Positions 1 to 13,757 of a DNA stretch of 64,000 bases are shown one piece after another. A program made the position numbers and the translations under genes. The stretch comes from Chrysomallon squamiferum (taxonomy: Eukaryota > Animalia > Mollusca), in contig CM022671.1 in the NCBI GenBank assembly GCA_012295275.1, positions 31,124,001 through 31,188,000 on the forward strand. The letters are read 5' to 3'. Every line of letters begins with the position of its first letter. Within the stretch, counting starts at the first letter, position 1. The notes below the pieces were generated by a model. That model saw only the letters and a program-made list of their open reading frames with translations, had not been told where the DNA came from and did not search any database.

Positions 1-156
1 AACATTTTATTTGTTCAGCTAGCGTCAGAAGTGAAAAGCTCAAGCCCTTCACGATGTTTGAAAAATATCAAGTAGTTTTCATTGTTGCTTCGGTTGGCTT
101 TCAACTCTTGTTGTTGGGGTTAGGCAAAAATTCAGTGCATGAACTTGAGAGAGAGG

Positions 157-233
<77 letters not shown>

Positions 234-416
234 TGTGTGTGTTAAGGACGCCTGTCATGGGCCCAAATTAAGAGTACGGGTAAACGTCAGATCTTCTGTA
301 GCAGTCATAAAACATTAAATTTAAAATAATGTCAGACGATTCAAAGTTTAATGTTCATCTGTTCGTCCAGGCGTCTACATCAGTCTTTCCCATTATCAGT
401 TTTTTATATATCTGTT

Positions 417-484
<68 letters not shown>

Positions 485-510
485 ACATACACACACACAA
501 ACATAAATAT

Positions 511-561
<51 letters not shown>

Positions 562-1130
562 TAAATAGAGATACAAAAATCAGAAAAATATAGAACTTTA
601 GCCCCGTCATGTAACTGACCTTTGCAGCGGGCACCTAACCCTGCATATGGCAAGTAACCTAGCACCCCCCCCCTCTCAGAAACACCCGCCTCAATTTTCA
701 CAGCATCTCGCTGTTCGAACAGCCGCGCTAACTGTCAAAAGGCGCGAATCAGACTCAAATTAACACCACTCGCTATTTTTATGTTCTCGAATTCCTCAAG
801 GTTCACGGGATTAACCGCCAACAGAGAGAGGCTGCTGAAAGGGACAAAAGAACGGAAAGATGGCTTCTTTCTCTTCTTTAGTTTGGCGTCGATTTCCAAG
901 ATTGTGACGTAATGAAATTGAGAGATCGGAATTCAGGATTGGTTTCTGTTATCTCCGAGGCTGGTCACTTTGGTTCTAACAACAGCAGCAGCAGGAGAAA
1001 AATATTTATCACACCATTATTACCACTATGACTACTACTACTTCTACGGCTACCTCTACCACAACACGAAGCAACCTCACCAATATTATCGCTACTAATG
1101 CTTCTACTACTGCTTCTGCTATTATTACTT

Positions 1131-1201
<71 letters not shown>

Positions 1202-1701
1202 TAACTGCTACTACTAATACTACTCCAGCTACCACCTGTGCTATTGTTAGCACTTTTATTCTTACTACGATAACCATTTATTACATTTACCTCCTCTGTA
1301 AACATATTAGTTACTATTTCTGCTGCATGAATGCTTTCTATAACACAACAAAATATATCCAACAAAACACATAAGATTCAGAATAAAAAGGAGTTAAAAA
1401 AAAAAAAAATAACCTAAAAAAGAATAAATATCTTATCTGTGCTAAATAAAGAAAAGAATGTATTAAATGTGCCTGACGTTAGAAACAATAGCTCTTTCAC
1501 TCAATCCTTTAATTCATCTTGAACATTGATATTGATAAATGTAAAAAGATTACATGATGTAAGTGTCAAAAGTCCAGTACAGACGTATTACTAAACTTTA
1601 AATATTTTAAAAAGTACACCAAATTAGGGAAAAATAATTCAAGTAACCCGACTGTTTTATTATTGTTGTTGTCACTGCTGTTATTGTTATTATCGTTATT
1701 A

Positions 1702-1739
<38 letters not shown>

Positions 1740-1907
1740 TTGTTGTTGTTGTTGTTAATATTCTTGATACTGTGTTTTTATTACTATTATGAACTTTATA
1801 TATTTATTGCAAGAAATAGTCTAAATATAATGTTTATTTTCAGTTTCCAACACTAATAGTAATAATAATAATCACAGTTATATTTCACTGCGTTCCACCT
1901 GTACTAG

Positions 1908-2183
1908 TTATTATTATTATTATTAATTTCATTATTATCATTATTATTATTATTATTATTAATTTCATTATTATCATTATCATTATTATTATTATTAATT
2001 TCATTATTATCATTATCATTATTATTATTATTAATTTCATTATTATCATTATCATTATTATTATTATTAATTTCATTATTATCATTATTATTATTATTAT
2101 TATTATTAATTTCATTATTATCATTATTATTATTATTATTATTAATTTCATTATTATCATTATTATTATTATTATTATTAATT

Positions 2184-2187
<4 letters not shown>
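1908..2187. repeat. Higher-order repeat: about 8 units of 36-39 bp built from (ATT)n with a fixed AATTTC...ATC interruption
   Basis: Periodic aatttcattattatc within the ATT array; the minus-strand translation shows MKL(I)nMII eight times. Confidence 0.9.
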
Positions 2188-2229
<42 letters not shown>

Positions 2230-2254
2230 TACTACTACTACTACTAAAATAGTT

Positions 2255-2410
2255 GGGCGTCACGTTGTGACGTCATTGCGTACAATCGTGAATATAATGA
2301 AATGTAACGTTTCCTTACGAAAACGTCACAATGTTTCAATGCAGTGAACCGGAAGTTGGCTCTACGAGTCGATTCTGATCAGCTTTGGAAAGGTCATGAC
2401 CTCTGACTTT
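2255..2410. promoter_or_regulatory. Motif-dense island: CRE, ETS and nuclear-receptor IR0 palindrome
   Basis: TGACGTCA 2268-2275, CCGGAAGT ~2349, perfect AGGTCATGACCT 2391-2402. Function is inferred from motifs only. Confidence 0.4.
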
Positions 2411-2625
2411 GAAACGAGACTGATATTAGATGAAGTTCTGGATAAAGCGCTTGACATACTGAACAGTCAACGAATGATGAATCCTTCGCCCCCCCCCTGT
2501 TCCGTTCTAGCCAGTTTACCCAGTGACCGCCGCTTCATGAGAGATTTGATTTTTTGAAAGAGCCAAGTTCACACCCTTAAAAATATGACAGTAAAACGTT
2601 ACAAAAAAGCAACAACAACAACAAC

Positions 2626-2669
<44 letters not shown>

Positions 2670-3069
2670 AAAAAAACAGGTTTAAATAAGAAAGAAAAGA
2701 AGAATACAGTAACAGAAGAATAAGAAGAAAAAAAACAACGAATATCTGGAACGACCATGTTGAAGAAAGAAAGGCTGCAAGGAAGAAAACCAACCAATCC
2801 GATGACGATGAACAAGAAGAAATGAGGAAAAACGCAACACACAGGCCAGAGTGACAACACAACGACAACGGCATGTGTCACGACATCTGCCTGGATGGAC
2901 GTCACTGACATCCTAAAACACTGACTTGCTTTTCAATTACGACGTGCACAACGGCACACACATTAATGCATTAACAAGACTGATTAGACACATGTGACGT
3001 CTGCAGTTCGATCGCGCGCCTTCAATTTCCTGAGCGGTATTACGTTGCAGGGAGTTGCAGACGACGTTT

Positions 3070-3360
3070 CAAGTGGAGGGCGGGCCTTCTTGTTTCAGTG
3101 TCCCCGAGGGGACTTAACTGGACTCATTGTTTAGCTGGAGAGCTGGACAGGAGGACTGTAATGGTGGTCATTAGAAACGCGATTGCGCAGTGTCTCAGTC
3201 ACCAGGGGATGATCATCCAACACGAGTCAGAAGATTGGCTCGTGAGGTCATGACCCCGGTAAACCGGTCATCTGATCGCACCGGCGTCACGTGATTGGTA
3301 TTGTTTTTGTGACAGCGTTGGTGATTGGGTGTCGGCTCATTAGTATTTGGGCTGGAAAAG
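3070..3360. promoter_or_regulatory. Promoter-like island (GC box, three ATTGG/CCAAT boxes, GTCACGTGA E-box, nuclear-receptor palindrome)
   Basis: GGGCGG ~3078; ATTGG at ~3234, ~3294 and ~3324; GTCACGTGATTGG ~3286-3298; AGGTCATGACCC 3245-3256. No transcript evidence. Confidence 0.4.
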
Positions 3361-3392
3361 GTTTTAACAAAGCTGAAGAGTTATTAAAGATT

Positions 3393-3424
<32 letters not shown>

Positions 3425-3908
3425 TTTAAATTTGTTTTATTTAGTGATTGTTTTTTTTTCTTCTTCTTCTTCTTCTTCTTCTTCTTCTTCTAATTGTTAT
3501 TATTATTATTATTATTATTCAGTTTGCATTACATGTATTTCATTTCATTTTATTTTGTATTTTGTGAAATGGCTTAAAGATACTTTAAGTTATTAATAGT
3601 TCAATAATAATAAAAAAATTATTATTATTATTTATTTTTAATAGGATTAAAATTTGAAATATGAATAATTTTAAAGATTTTAACAGTACAATTTAAACCG
3701 TATTTGCGATAACCTGCCAAAAAAAAAAAAAAAACACACACAAAAAAAAAACGCTTTGCGATATAGTTACTACTATCTAAATATGTTTCATTTTCCCAGT
3801 AAACGAAGAGACTATAAACTGGCTATATACTTTTTAGTCCATGCATTTCTTTAATAAAATCAGCATAATATTATGTATCATTGCAGGGACCACGTGCTGC
3901 TGTTTCAT

Positions 3909-3970
3909 CTGTGCAATGTCCTGGGTGCTGTTTAATACTGTGCAATGTCCTGGGTGCTGTTTAATACTGT
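3909..3970. repeat. Exact 29-bp tandem duplication
   Basis: gtgcaatgtcctgggtgctgtttaatact occurs twice head-to-tail. Confidence 0.95.
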
Positions 3971-4509
3971 ACCGGTGTCGTTTTGGCGATGTTGTTGAAA
4001 GCAAAGTGGGAGGCAGGCATCCATTGATGTCATTTCCGCGCTGCACGTTTTCTGACACTGGATTCTCTGCTTTGTTTCCATCGATTTTAAATACACACAA
4101 AACCTTTTCCCAGATCTTTGATAATACCTTCTCCGTTACAGAAACCAACCTCACTCTATAGCACCTGCCGCTTCTTTTTTTTTTGGGTGGGGGGCGCTTT
4201 AATTTTTCCTGTTTTTTTAATTTTTATTTTGCTTTAAATTCAATATTTAATTAAAAAAAAAAAAAAAAAGATGAAAAAATATCCGTTTTATGATGATTTA
4301 TTATTATTATTATTTCAGCATGGTCATTCTTAAACAAGACTTTTATAGGTATTGTGTCGGTATCGTTTCGTGTTGATGTGTTCAGAATGTAAGAATGTCC
4401 ACCTGTACCGTGCTTCGTACCTAACTTAAGAAATGTTCCGTGTATCGGTCTATCGTTGTAACAATGATCAGTTTAGTCTGTATTTCTGTCTGTCTTTTAG
4501 TCTGTAATA

Positions 4510-4823
4510 CAGTTTGAGAATCTTTTATCTGAAATGCTTGAAACCGGGTACGTTTCGGATTTCGGAGTATTTCGGATTTTGGAATATAAGCGTGAGAATA
4601 GCATCTACGTCTAAATATGAACTCCATTTATTTTTCATATATAGCTTACACAGAGAGTCTGCAGGATTTTTTAAAGTAATATTTTTAATCATTTTCTGCC
4701 AAAAATACTGTATAAACGCAAAAAAAGAAAAATAGCTAAAATCGTAAGATATTATTTCTGCTCTCTGAAAATGTTTCGAATGTCAGAGCTTTACGGAATT
4801 TCGGATCAGATATCCTCAACCCG
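4510..4823. mobile_element. Tigger/pogo-type MITE resembling Tigger4/Zombi (MER46)
   Basis: TA|CAGTTTGAGAATCTTTTATCTGAAA ... TTTCGGATCAGATATCCTCAACCCG|TA: imperfect TIRs, TA at both ends and repeated subterminal TTTCGGA motifs. Similarity to Tigger4 is from recall. Confidence 0.8.
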
Positions 4824-4835
4824 TATATATTTATT

Positions 4836-4932
<97 letters not shown>

Positions 4933-5285
4933 CCCCACACACACACAAGCGATCTTTAATAACTGTTCATGTAATTTCAGGGCAAACCCTATAGTGACTG
5001 AGTCTCCGATGATAAACCTATTTTTTTATTTATATAGGATATATTTCATCTCCGGCCAGTAATGAAACGTCTGTTTTTTTTCGTACATGTTATGTATATA
5101 TTGTCTATATGTAGAATCTAATCAAACATAGTTATAATATATATAATATCTCTGTGTGTATGTAAGTTTATATGTATGTATGTATGTATGTATTATATGT
5201 TATGTTCTTGAAGAATTTCACTCTATTGTATTTTATAATTAAAAAAATAACAAAAGTGAGAGAGAGAGAGAAAATTTGACGGTAT

Positions 5286-5316
<31 letters not shown>

Positions 5317-5653
5317 TTATTTTATTATTATTATTATAACTATTACTGTTACTACTGCTACTATTACTACTACTATTATTGTTATTATTATTATTATTGT
5401 TGTTGTTATTGTTGTTGTTGTTGTTATTAATACTTGTAAGTCATAAAACGTCTAAACAATTACAGAGTAAGAATAATAGAAGTAGCAGTAGCAGTAGGTG
5501 GCGACGTACTAATAGCTATAGTAGTAGTAGTAGTAGCTGCATAAAGCAGTAGTAGTTGTTGTTGTAGTAGTAGCCGTAGTAGTGGTGGCGGTGGCGGTGG
5601 TAGTAGTAGTAATAATAATTGTAGTAATAATCATACTGATAGTAGTAATGGCC

Positions 5654-5695
<42 letters not shown>

Positions 5696-5751
5696 TAAAT
5701 ATTACTGATAGTCATAGTGGTAGACATAGAGGTAGCAGTATCATCATTACC

Positions 5752-5791
<40 letters not shown>

Positions 5792-5805
5792 TAATAATGA
5801 TGATG

Positions 5806-5935
<130 letters not shown>

Positions 5936-6986
5936 TAATAATGGCAATACTGTTAGTAATTTCTATTTAAAAGTATTTTCTGTTGACAGATGCTATGTTG
6001 TATTTACAGTTTCAATTTTGCATCTGTTATAATTAATATTCTCCGCGAAAAACAAACTCGTAATTATCATGATGGGAAACTATTTTAATTAATTTTCTAC
6101 TGCGATTCGAATAAATATCAAGAGGATAAAAAAAAAAAAAAAAAAAAAAAATGATTATCACTTATAAAACGATCTGTGATAAATTATTCAACACTGATAC
6201 TTTCTTATTTTTTTTTTTTTTTTTTTTTTATTATTTATTTTTTTTTTTTTTTTTCTATCTTTTTCCCCTTGCCTCTTCTTTTTTTAATGTACGTGATTTA
6301 ACTTTAACTAACATTATTTATTTATTTATTTATTAAGAACATTATTTTTTTAATTTTCTTTTTCTTAAACGAACATAACTTTGCAGCACTTTTTGTTATT
6401 ACTTTCTTTTCTTTTTTTTCGGCCACTCAAGCGACATAGATTTAAATACAGAGTTCACTAACCTTTTGTAATGCAACATCTGGTGCATGACTCTACACGT
6501 CATTGACTTATGCAAATTTTGACCTACTTAAAGCAGTAATGCGTAATCAGCCGCGTGACTGAAAGCCAAGATTTAAAAAAAATTCTGTTTGTAACAGGAA
6601 ACAAAAAATCCCTTTTTTTTTTCAACTGTTTTTTATATCTAAGAACATAACAAATATTTTTGGTTTAATACTTAATTACATTTTCTGTTGCAATTCTTTA
6701 GCAAACAGGCCTACTACCACTGCTGCTGCCACTACAACTACTGCTACATCTATTACTACTAGTATTACTACTACTACTACTACTGCTACAGCTATAGTAT
6801 TACTACTACTACTGTAACTTTTACTATTACTATTTCTACTAATGCTACTACTACTGCTGCTATTACTACTATTGCTACTTCTATTACTACTGCTGCTACT
6901 ACTATTACCTTTGCAAATACTATTACTACTCCAGCTATTACTACTACTATTATCACTACTACTATAACTACTACTACTACTATTAC

Positions 6987-7023
<37 letters not shown>

Positions 7024-7806
7024 TCTCCAACAAGTATTAGAAATATTTTACTGAAGTTTTCCAAACACTACGATAAAGAGGTCTTGTTGCAGTGACTGCA
7101 ACGGGCAAAAAAAACAAAAACAACAGAGACCATGAAAGGAAAACACGCTTATACGATTCAGTGAAGCTACAGAACGCTGACCCAGAAGGGAGAGGCAACA
7201 GGATCGATTCTCCTCGGTACGTCCTTTGTATGATTCTCTTTTCAGCCCGCACACAGCAACTGCTCTAGCTAAATACAGACTCCATTTTGATTTTTTTTTT
7301 TTTTTTTTATTATTATTATTACTATTATTATTATTTTTTTTTTTTGCTTTATAAGCACCTTCTCGGTTCTTGTATGAAAAATGCTTCACGTGATGCTCTG
7401 TAGTCAGGTGCGTGGAATCGGGTTTTTGCAAAGAGTTCAGCTTCTTAAACGAATTTCTTTTTATCACGTAATAAATTTTTGAAAACTTTGAAGACAAAAC
7501 AGAAAAAAAAAAAAAAAAAAAGCGGTGTTGTTTAGCATTCATCTAGTTACATTAGAATTTATTTATTTATTTATTTTGCATATGCATAATCCGTACGTTT
7601 GTTTTTTTTTTTTTTTTTTTTTTTTTTTTATTGTCTTTTTTTATTCTGGAAAATCAGATGCTGTGTTTGTCGTATAAAATTATATCATTCAAAGCATGTT
7701 TCCCTCTCACGGGTTCTTACATAATTATATAACTGTGTATGCGTTGGACATAAATATCGCACGTTCTCTGTATGTATAATATACATGTTACACATACACA
7801 CTTTTG

Positions 7807-8047
7807 TATATGTAACTTTTTCTATATGTCCTCACATTCACATATCATCTATATAAAACAATTCATTTAAGGGTTTTAGTATAGGTACGTTTATACAAAA
7901 CCCTTAAATGAATTGTTTCAATGCATATATACATGAATAAACGTACATATGTATAATATACTAAAACCATTATATGTAACTTTTTCTATATGTCCTCACA
8001 TTCACATATCATCTATATAAAACAATTCATTTAAGGGTTTTAGTATA
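7807..8047. repeat. 77-bp direct duplication (7807-7883 / 7971-8047) with an intervening inverted copy of its 3' end
   Basis: The two copies read identically; 7892-7918 is the reverse complement of 7856-7883 with one bulge. Confidence 0.92.
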
Positions 8048-8288
8048 TTTATATATATAAAAAATATACGTTATTTTCATTTATCCGTTTAATCCTCTCT
8101 CTCTCTCTCTCTCTCTCTGATGTATTCATTCACTGCACAGTTCTCGCGAGGAACATGTGATATTATTTATTGCAAACGCAACCTGACACTGACAAGCGAG
8201 AAAGAATTTTAGCAAAAAGTCACGACCCACTGGCCTAATGGCCCAAGTTCAGGTCACTACGTACACGTTGTACGTGCCTCCTAACATT

Positions 8289-8375
<87 letters not shown>

Positions 8376-8454
8376 CATCGAGTTAGTATCTTTATTTGTA
8401 TTGAATATTTTTTTGTTTTTAATACATATGTATCTGATTAATGTAGTAGCGTCG

Positions 8455-8525
<71 letters not shown>

Positions 8526-8830
8526 GAAACAGTGTCAACATGTTTATTTTTGTTTATGGTTACCGTATCTCAAACATTAAATGTCATTGTTTTATTGATC
8601 TTTTTCTGCCGTGAACAGATTTCTATCTTGCTAATTAGCTGCTGACTACAGTTCAAAGAATTTGTGACCTAGAATTGTCACAACCTTTAAAAGTACATCC
8701 TCTGTTTGACCGAAAACACTTAACAATAACAATCAAAAAAAAAAAAAAAAATTAGAATAAATAATAAAAAAAGAAGAAAAAGTAACGGAACAATGTATTT
8801 AAAAAATATATAAAATAACAATAAAATAAC

Positions 8831-8868
<38 letters not shown>

Positions 8869-9084
8869 TAATAATAATAATAACAACAAAAAAAAATAAT
8901 TTTTTTTTTTTCAATAACTGACCCATAACTTTTAACAAATGGCGGTGAATACAACAGACAACACTTAGTAAATGCGCAAAACAGAACAGACAGTACTCAG
9001 TAATTACGCAGAATACAACAAACAGTATTTAGTAAATGCGCCAAATCCAAATGACAATATTTTGTGTAGTCGAGGGGAATCTTC

Positions 9085-9182
9085 GTCCTTTTCCGGCGTG
9101 GAAGCTCAAGACTCGTAAGACGTTGATGACGTCACGACTGGAGATCGTTCTCCTGCGCCACTGCGTTCCTGAATATTGTCCA
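9085..9182 (+). mobile_element. Degenerate copy of the tRNA-derived SINE family also at 28249 and 54615
   Basis: Shares ctcctgcgccactgcgttcctgaatattgtc and a decayed B-box region (gctcaagactcgtaag) with the other copies. Confidence 0.65.
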
Positions 9183-9808
9183 AGTCCTCGGACGTCCGTA
9201 AAGACAACAGAATACACGACAAAAACAGCACTGCAAGGGACGTATGATGTACACACATACAAACGTATCATTTTGTAAGTATTTAACATAAAGGCTTTTT
9301 TTTTCAGTGCTAGGCGAGTGCTTGAAATTCACAGCAGTCGTCAGCAAGGGAAATAAAACTTTTAGTGGTGATGATTTTGTGTGGAAAGCTGCGTGCACAT
9401 CGTGTTCTCATACCTTTGATATTTAGCGTGGATCTCGAGCCAGAGTTTAAAGGTTCAAGATGAATTAATTTTAATGCATCAGAAATCTTTTTATGCGTCG
9501 AACTGTTTCCGCGTAATGTGCATTTGGACAATAAAGTGGATGAGACGAACAAGAGGACAGACAGTGGGGCATTGCATGTGTGTACAGAACATCAGAGCTG
9601 GGTTAAAGAAAAAAATGAGATGTTAAAAAAAAAATTAAAAAAAATAAAAAAATTGAGTGCGGTACTCATATGTATGACAGTGAATCATTAGCATTGCTTG
9701 TAGACACTGCTTCATTTGTTCAGAATGTGTGCGTGTGTGTGTCTGTGGGAGTTTTTTTTTTTTCGGTGTATGAGTGTGTATGATTGTCTGTGTTTGTGTG
9801 TGTGTGTC

Positions 9809-9846
<38 letters not shown>

Positions 9847-10453
9847 CGTGTATGTGTGTGTGTGTGAATATCAGAGAATGAATATTCTAATATCATACGT
9901 ACAACGGATTACACTCTGCACACAGTCGAAATGCGAGAAATCACTGTCTTATCGCACAGGAATAAAAATGTTTTGTAAGCGTCTGAAAGATTCGACCCGA
10001 GGAGCCTCGGCGCCTCGTGTTTTTCAAACAAATCATTTCCAGCCGCTTCACTCGCTCTTGTTCAGTGTGGCTGTCACCGGAGCGTATCGAAGCGTGAAAT
10101 ATTTTGAATGTCACTAGTCAAAAGTTTTCACCTACTGATGACGCTTGTTTACGTCGTTGTTGTAAAACAGACGACAACGATGTCGTTGTCAATGTAAGTG
10201 TGTTATTTTGTTAACCCAGACAATAACAGGTTTGGATTTGCATCTCCCAGGCTGGTTCTATAGACTGATCCACGGGTAATTTGTTTAGAAGTAACAGTAA
10301 TAATAGCGGGCTGAGTACGGCGAAAGTTAAAATTATTTTCCGATTAAGAGCGTGTTTGTGTGTTTAGTCATCGTTGTAGTCGTCCACACCCTTGTTGATG
10401 ACGTTTAACAAGTGTGTATGTACTCAACTTAAAAGAGGGAATACGATACAGCC

Positions 10454-10533
<80 letters not shown>

Positions 10534-10696
10534 CAAGAGATGATACTGATGGTGATCATGAAAGGAAAGAAAGAAAGAAAAAAGAAAATGAGGAGAAGAA
10601 ACAGAGTAAAGAAGACTACTCTATACAGAGCACTGAAGTAAACTGATTGAAAATTAAAACATTTGTCTCTGCGTGTGTGTGTGTTTGTATGTGTCA

Positions 10697-10752
<56 letters not shown>

Positions 10753-10817
10753 CAGTGTGTCGTGTGTGTATGTGTGTATGTGTGTGTGTGTGTATGTGTC
10801 AGTGTGTGTGTGTGTGT

Positions 10818-10853
<36 letters not shown>

Positions 10854-11564
10854 CAGTATGTTTGCATTTGTGCATGTCGGTTAATAAGCATGTGATAAAA
10901 ACAACACCATTTTTTTTTGTAATATCTGGATATGTTTGTCCATACTACTACGCAAAAAGCAATCCAGTACAAACCTGCATATACAGTCATGTCAATAATA
11001 TATATATATATATATAGAAAAAATGAAAAAGAGATTATGTATGAACACGCACAAACACGCAAACAACTCATTTCAAATGACACAGTGAAGGAGTAAATGT
11101 CATTTTTCACAGAACATTCACCAGGTGAAGGTGTTTTTCTTCCAGGGACTGACTAGTAGAATTATCTGCGAATGTTTTATTGTACGTTTTAAACAAGTCT
11201 GCCTCGTTGATGATTTACGAGTTTTCGAGTAATTAAAAATCTTTTCTTCTCCTCGTCCCTTGTCTAAACCGAGTAGCCGATAATGTAGTGGACGTGGTTT
11301 CCTCTTTTGTTATTTATATATAGTACTTAACCTTATCTTTCTACCTGTGTGTCTGTCTGCCTGTCTGTCTGTCTGCCTGTCTGTCTGTCTGCCTGTCTGC
11401 ATGTCAATACATGTCACTCTAACTCTCTTTATATCTGTTTATTTTATTTTATTTTATTTTATATAGGCCTATATATATATATATATATATATTTTTGTGT
11501 GGTTTAGTCTGTCTTTTGTATCTATATCTGTGTTCTTCTTCTTCTTCTTCTTCTTCTTATTATT

Positions 11565-11645
<81 letters not shown>

Positions 11646-12163
11646 TTATTTTTATATTTTTTCACAAGGCAAATCATTTTAACAACCAGGCAAGGACATA
11701 ATCCTGGTATTGAAAAGATAGCATTTTTTTTTTTCCCCAATTAAACTCTTAATATGGATATAATTAATTATTTCTATATTATGCCCCTCGTTTCCGCGAG
11801 AAAGATATCTACGAAGTGACGTCATAGTTGAATAACTGGGCCGCTTAGAATCAGGTTAAAGTCGTGACGTCGCTTAATGATGCTGATGATGACGATGACG
11901 AAGATGATCATGAAAAGTAGGGAAAGATGGATTCACTAAAATTAATAACCAGATCTGACCAGTAATAAAAATAATCCAGTCTCAGAATAAAAGTATTTAA
12001 CATAAGTATGAAATAAAATAATAAAACAACGTAATAATAATAGTAACAACAACAAAAACAACAACAACAACAGTAATAGTGATAGTAATAAAAACAACAA
12101 TAACAATAACAAAGCAAGAACAATAATAATAACAACAACAGCAACAACAACAACAACAACAGC

Positions 12164-12208
<45 letters not shown>

Positions 12209-12389
12209 CTGGTGACAACATTAATAATAACTAAAAATAACTAATAATAAACTTCACCGCTGAATAACTAAAAATAAACGACCCCACGCAATCTTTCAAA
12301 TTCCTTCACACGCCCTTCAGTCAGAAAAGAAAAAAAAACAGACAGAATAAAAAAAACAAAAAAAATCTGCATAAACATTTACGTAACTG

Positions 12390-12478
<89 letters not shown>

Positions 12479-13048
12479 GCATTCACCGTTATACGAACTC
12501 GCAAAGAACTAACGCGTTATGTAAGTATAGCGTTTTGACTGTCACATATTTAACGCCTGTATTAAAATACACCTTCGCGACGACACACACACACATAACT
12601 TTCGATCTCCTACAGCCCCGAGACAGTTAACAGCGAAAATAGTCCCGTCTGCGTTGTACCTGAGAACCTCGCGCTTTTAAAGATCAAAGGTTTAGAAATG
12701 CCGGAGTCAACAACCTCAGCCCTGGTATGTCAGACGCCCGGCGGGGGGCGCAATAATTTAAAAAATATTTAAAAATATTAAAATTTTTTTTTTTTTTTTT
12801 TTAGAATGCGGTGGAATGAATAAACGGACAGGGGGTTAGAAGACTTAAAATAAAAATATAAAGTAATAGTCGTGTGAGATGTCGCTCTAATTTGTTTATG
12901 GCGGTGGATATATATATATATATATATATCAACTATTACTTTATATTTTATATATCTATGTATGTATGTATGTATGTATGTAGAGAGAGATTTGTAAGCG
13001 CGTTTGTGTTGTACATAAGTGTACGCGTACTTGAGTGTGCGAATATTT

Positions 13049-13157
<109 letters not shown>

Positions 13158-13230
13158 CACACTGCAAAAATAAAATAAAATAAAATAAAATAAAAATGGG
13201 TACATATTTACTTACCAAGGCTCACCCCAG

Positions 13231-13290
13231 CGGATCAAATCCAGCCTGCAACATATTTAGTAATTTTTTTCCATTCCAGCCAGTTCCCCA
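13231..13290 (+). mobile_element. Short fragment related to the SINE at 34422
   Basis: ggatcaaatcc (B-box-like) followed by ttccattccagccag, matching tctcgttccagccag at ~34484. Confidence 0.3.
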
Positions 13291-13679
13291 TCTTAAGCAC
13301 ATGACAGCACTTGTCTGTGGAATAGTGCACGTGAAAGATACTTTACTGGTTTTATTAAAATGAAGTTTCTCTTAGGCCTTGGAATGACCAAAATGTCGGA
13401 CACCCAGTAACTGATGCCAGAACATTGATTAGGTGTACTATTAAACACAACAAATATGTGATGACATTTTGATTCTTTTATAAATTGTTTAATAAATAAC
13501 TCCCTGCATGTACTTGCAAAACAACAATTATATTTCGAAAACAAATTTGAAACCGGCGAGTCTAAAACATTTCTCGTTCCGTTTAGAAACAAAGTTTATA
13601 TTTTGTATTATAATATTATCATTATCATTATCATTATCACCATCACCTTCATCATAATCATTATTAAACGTTTCTAATT

Positions 13680-13757
<78 letters not shown>

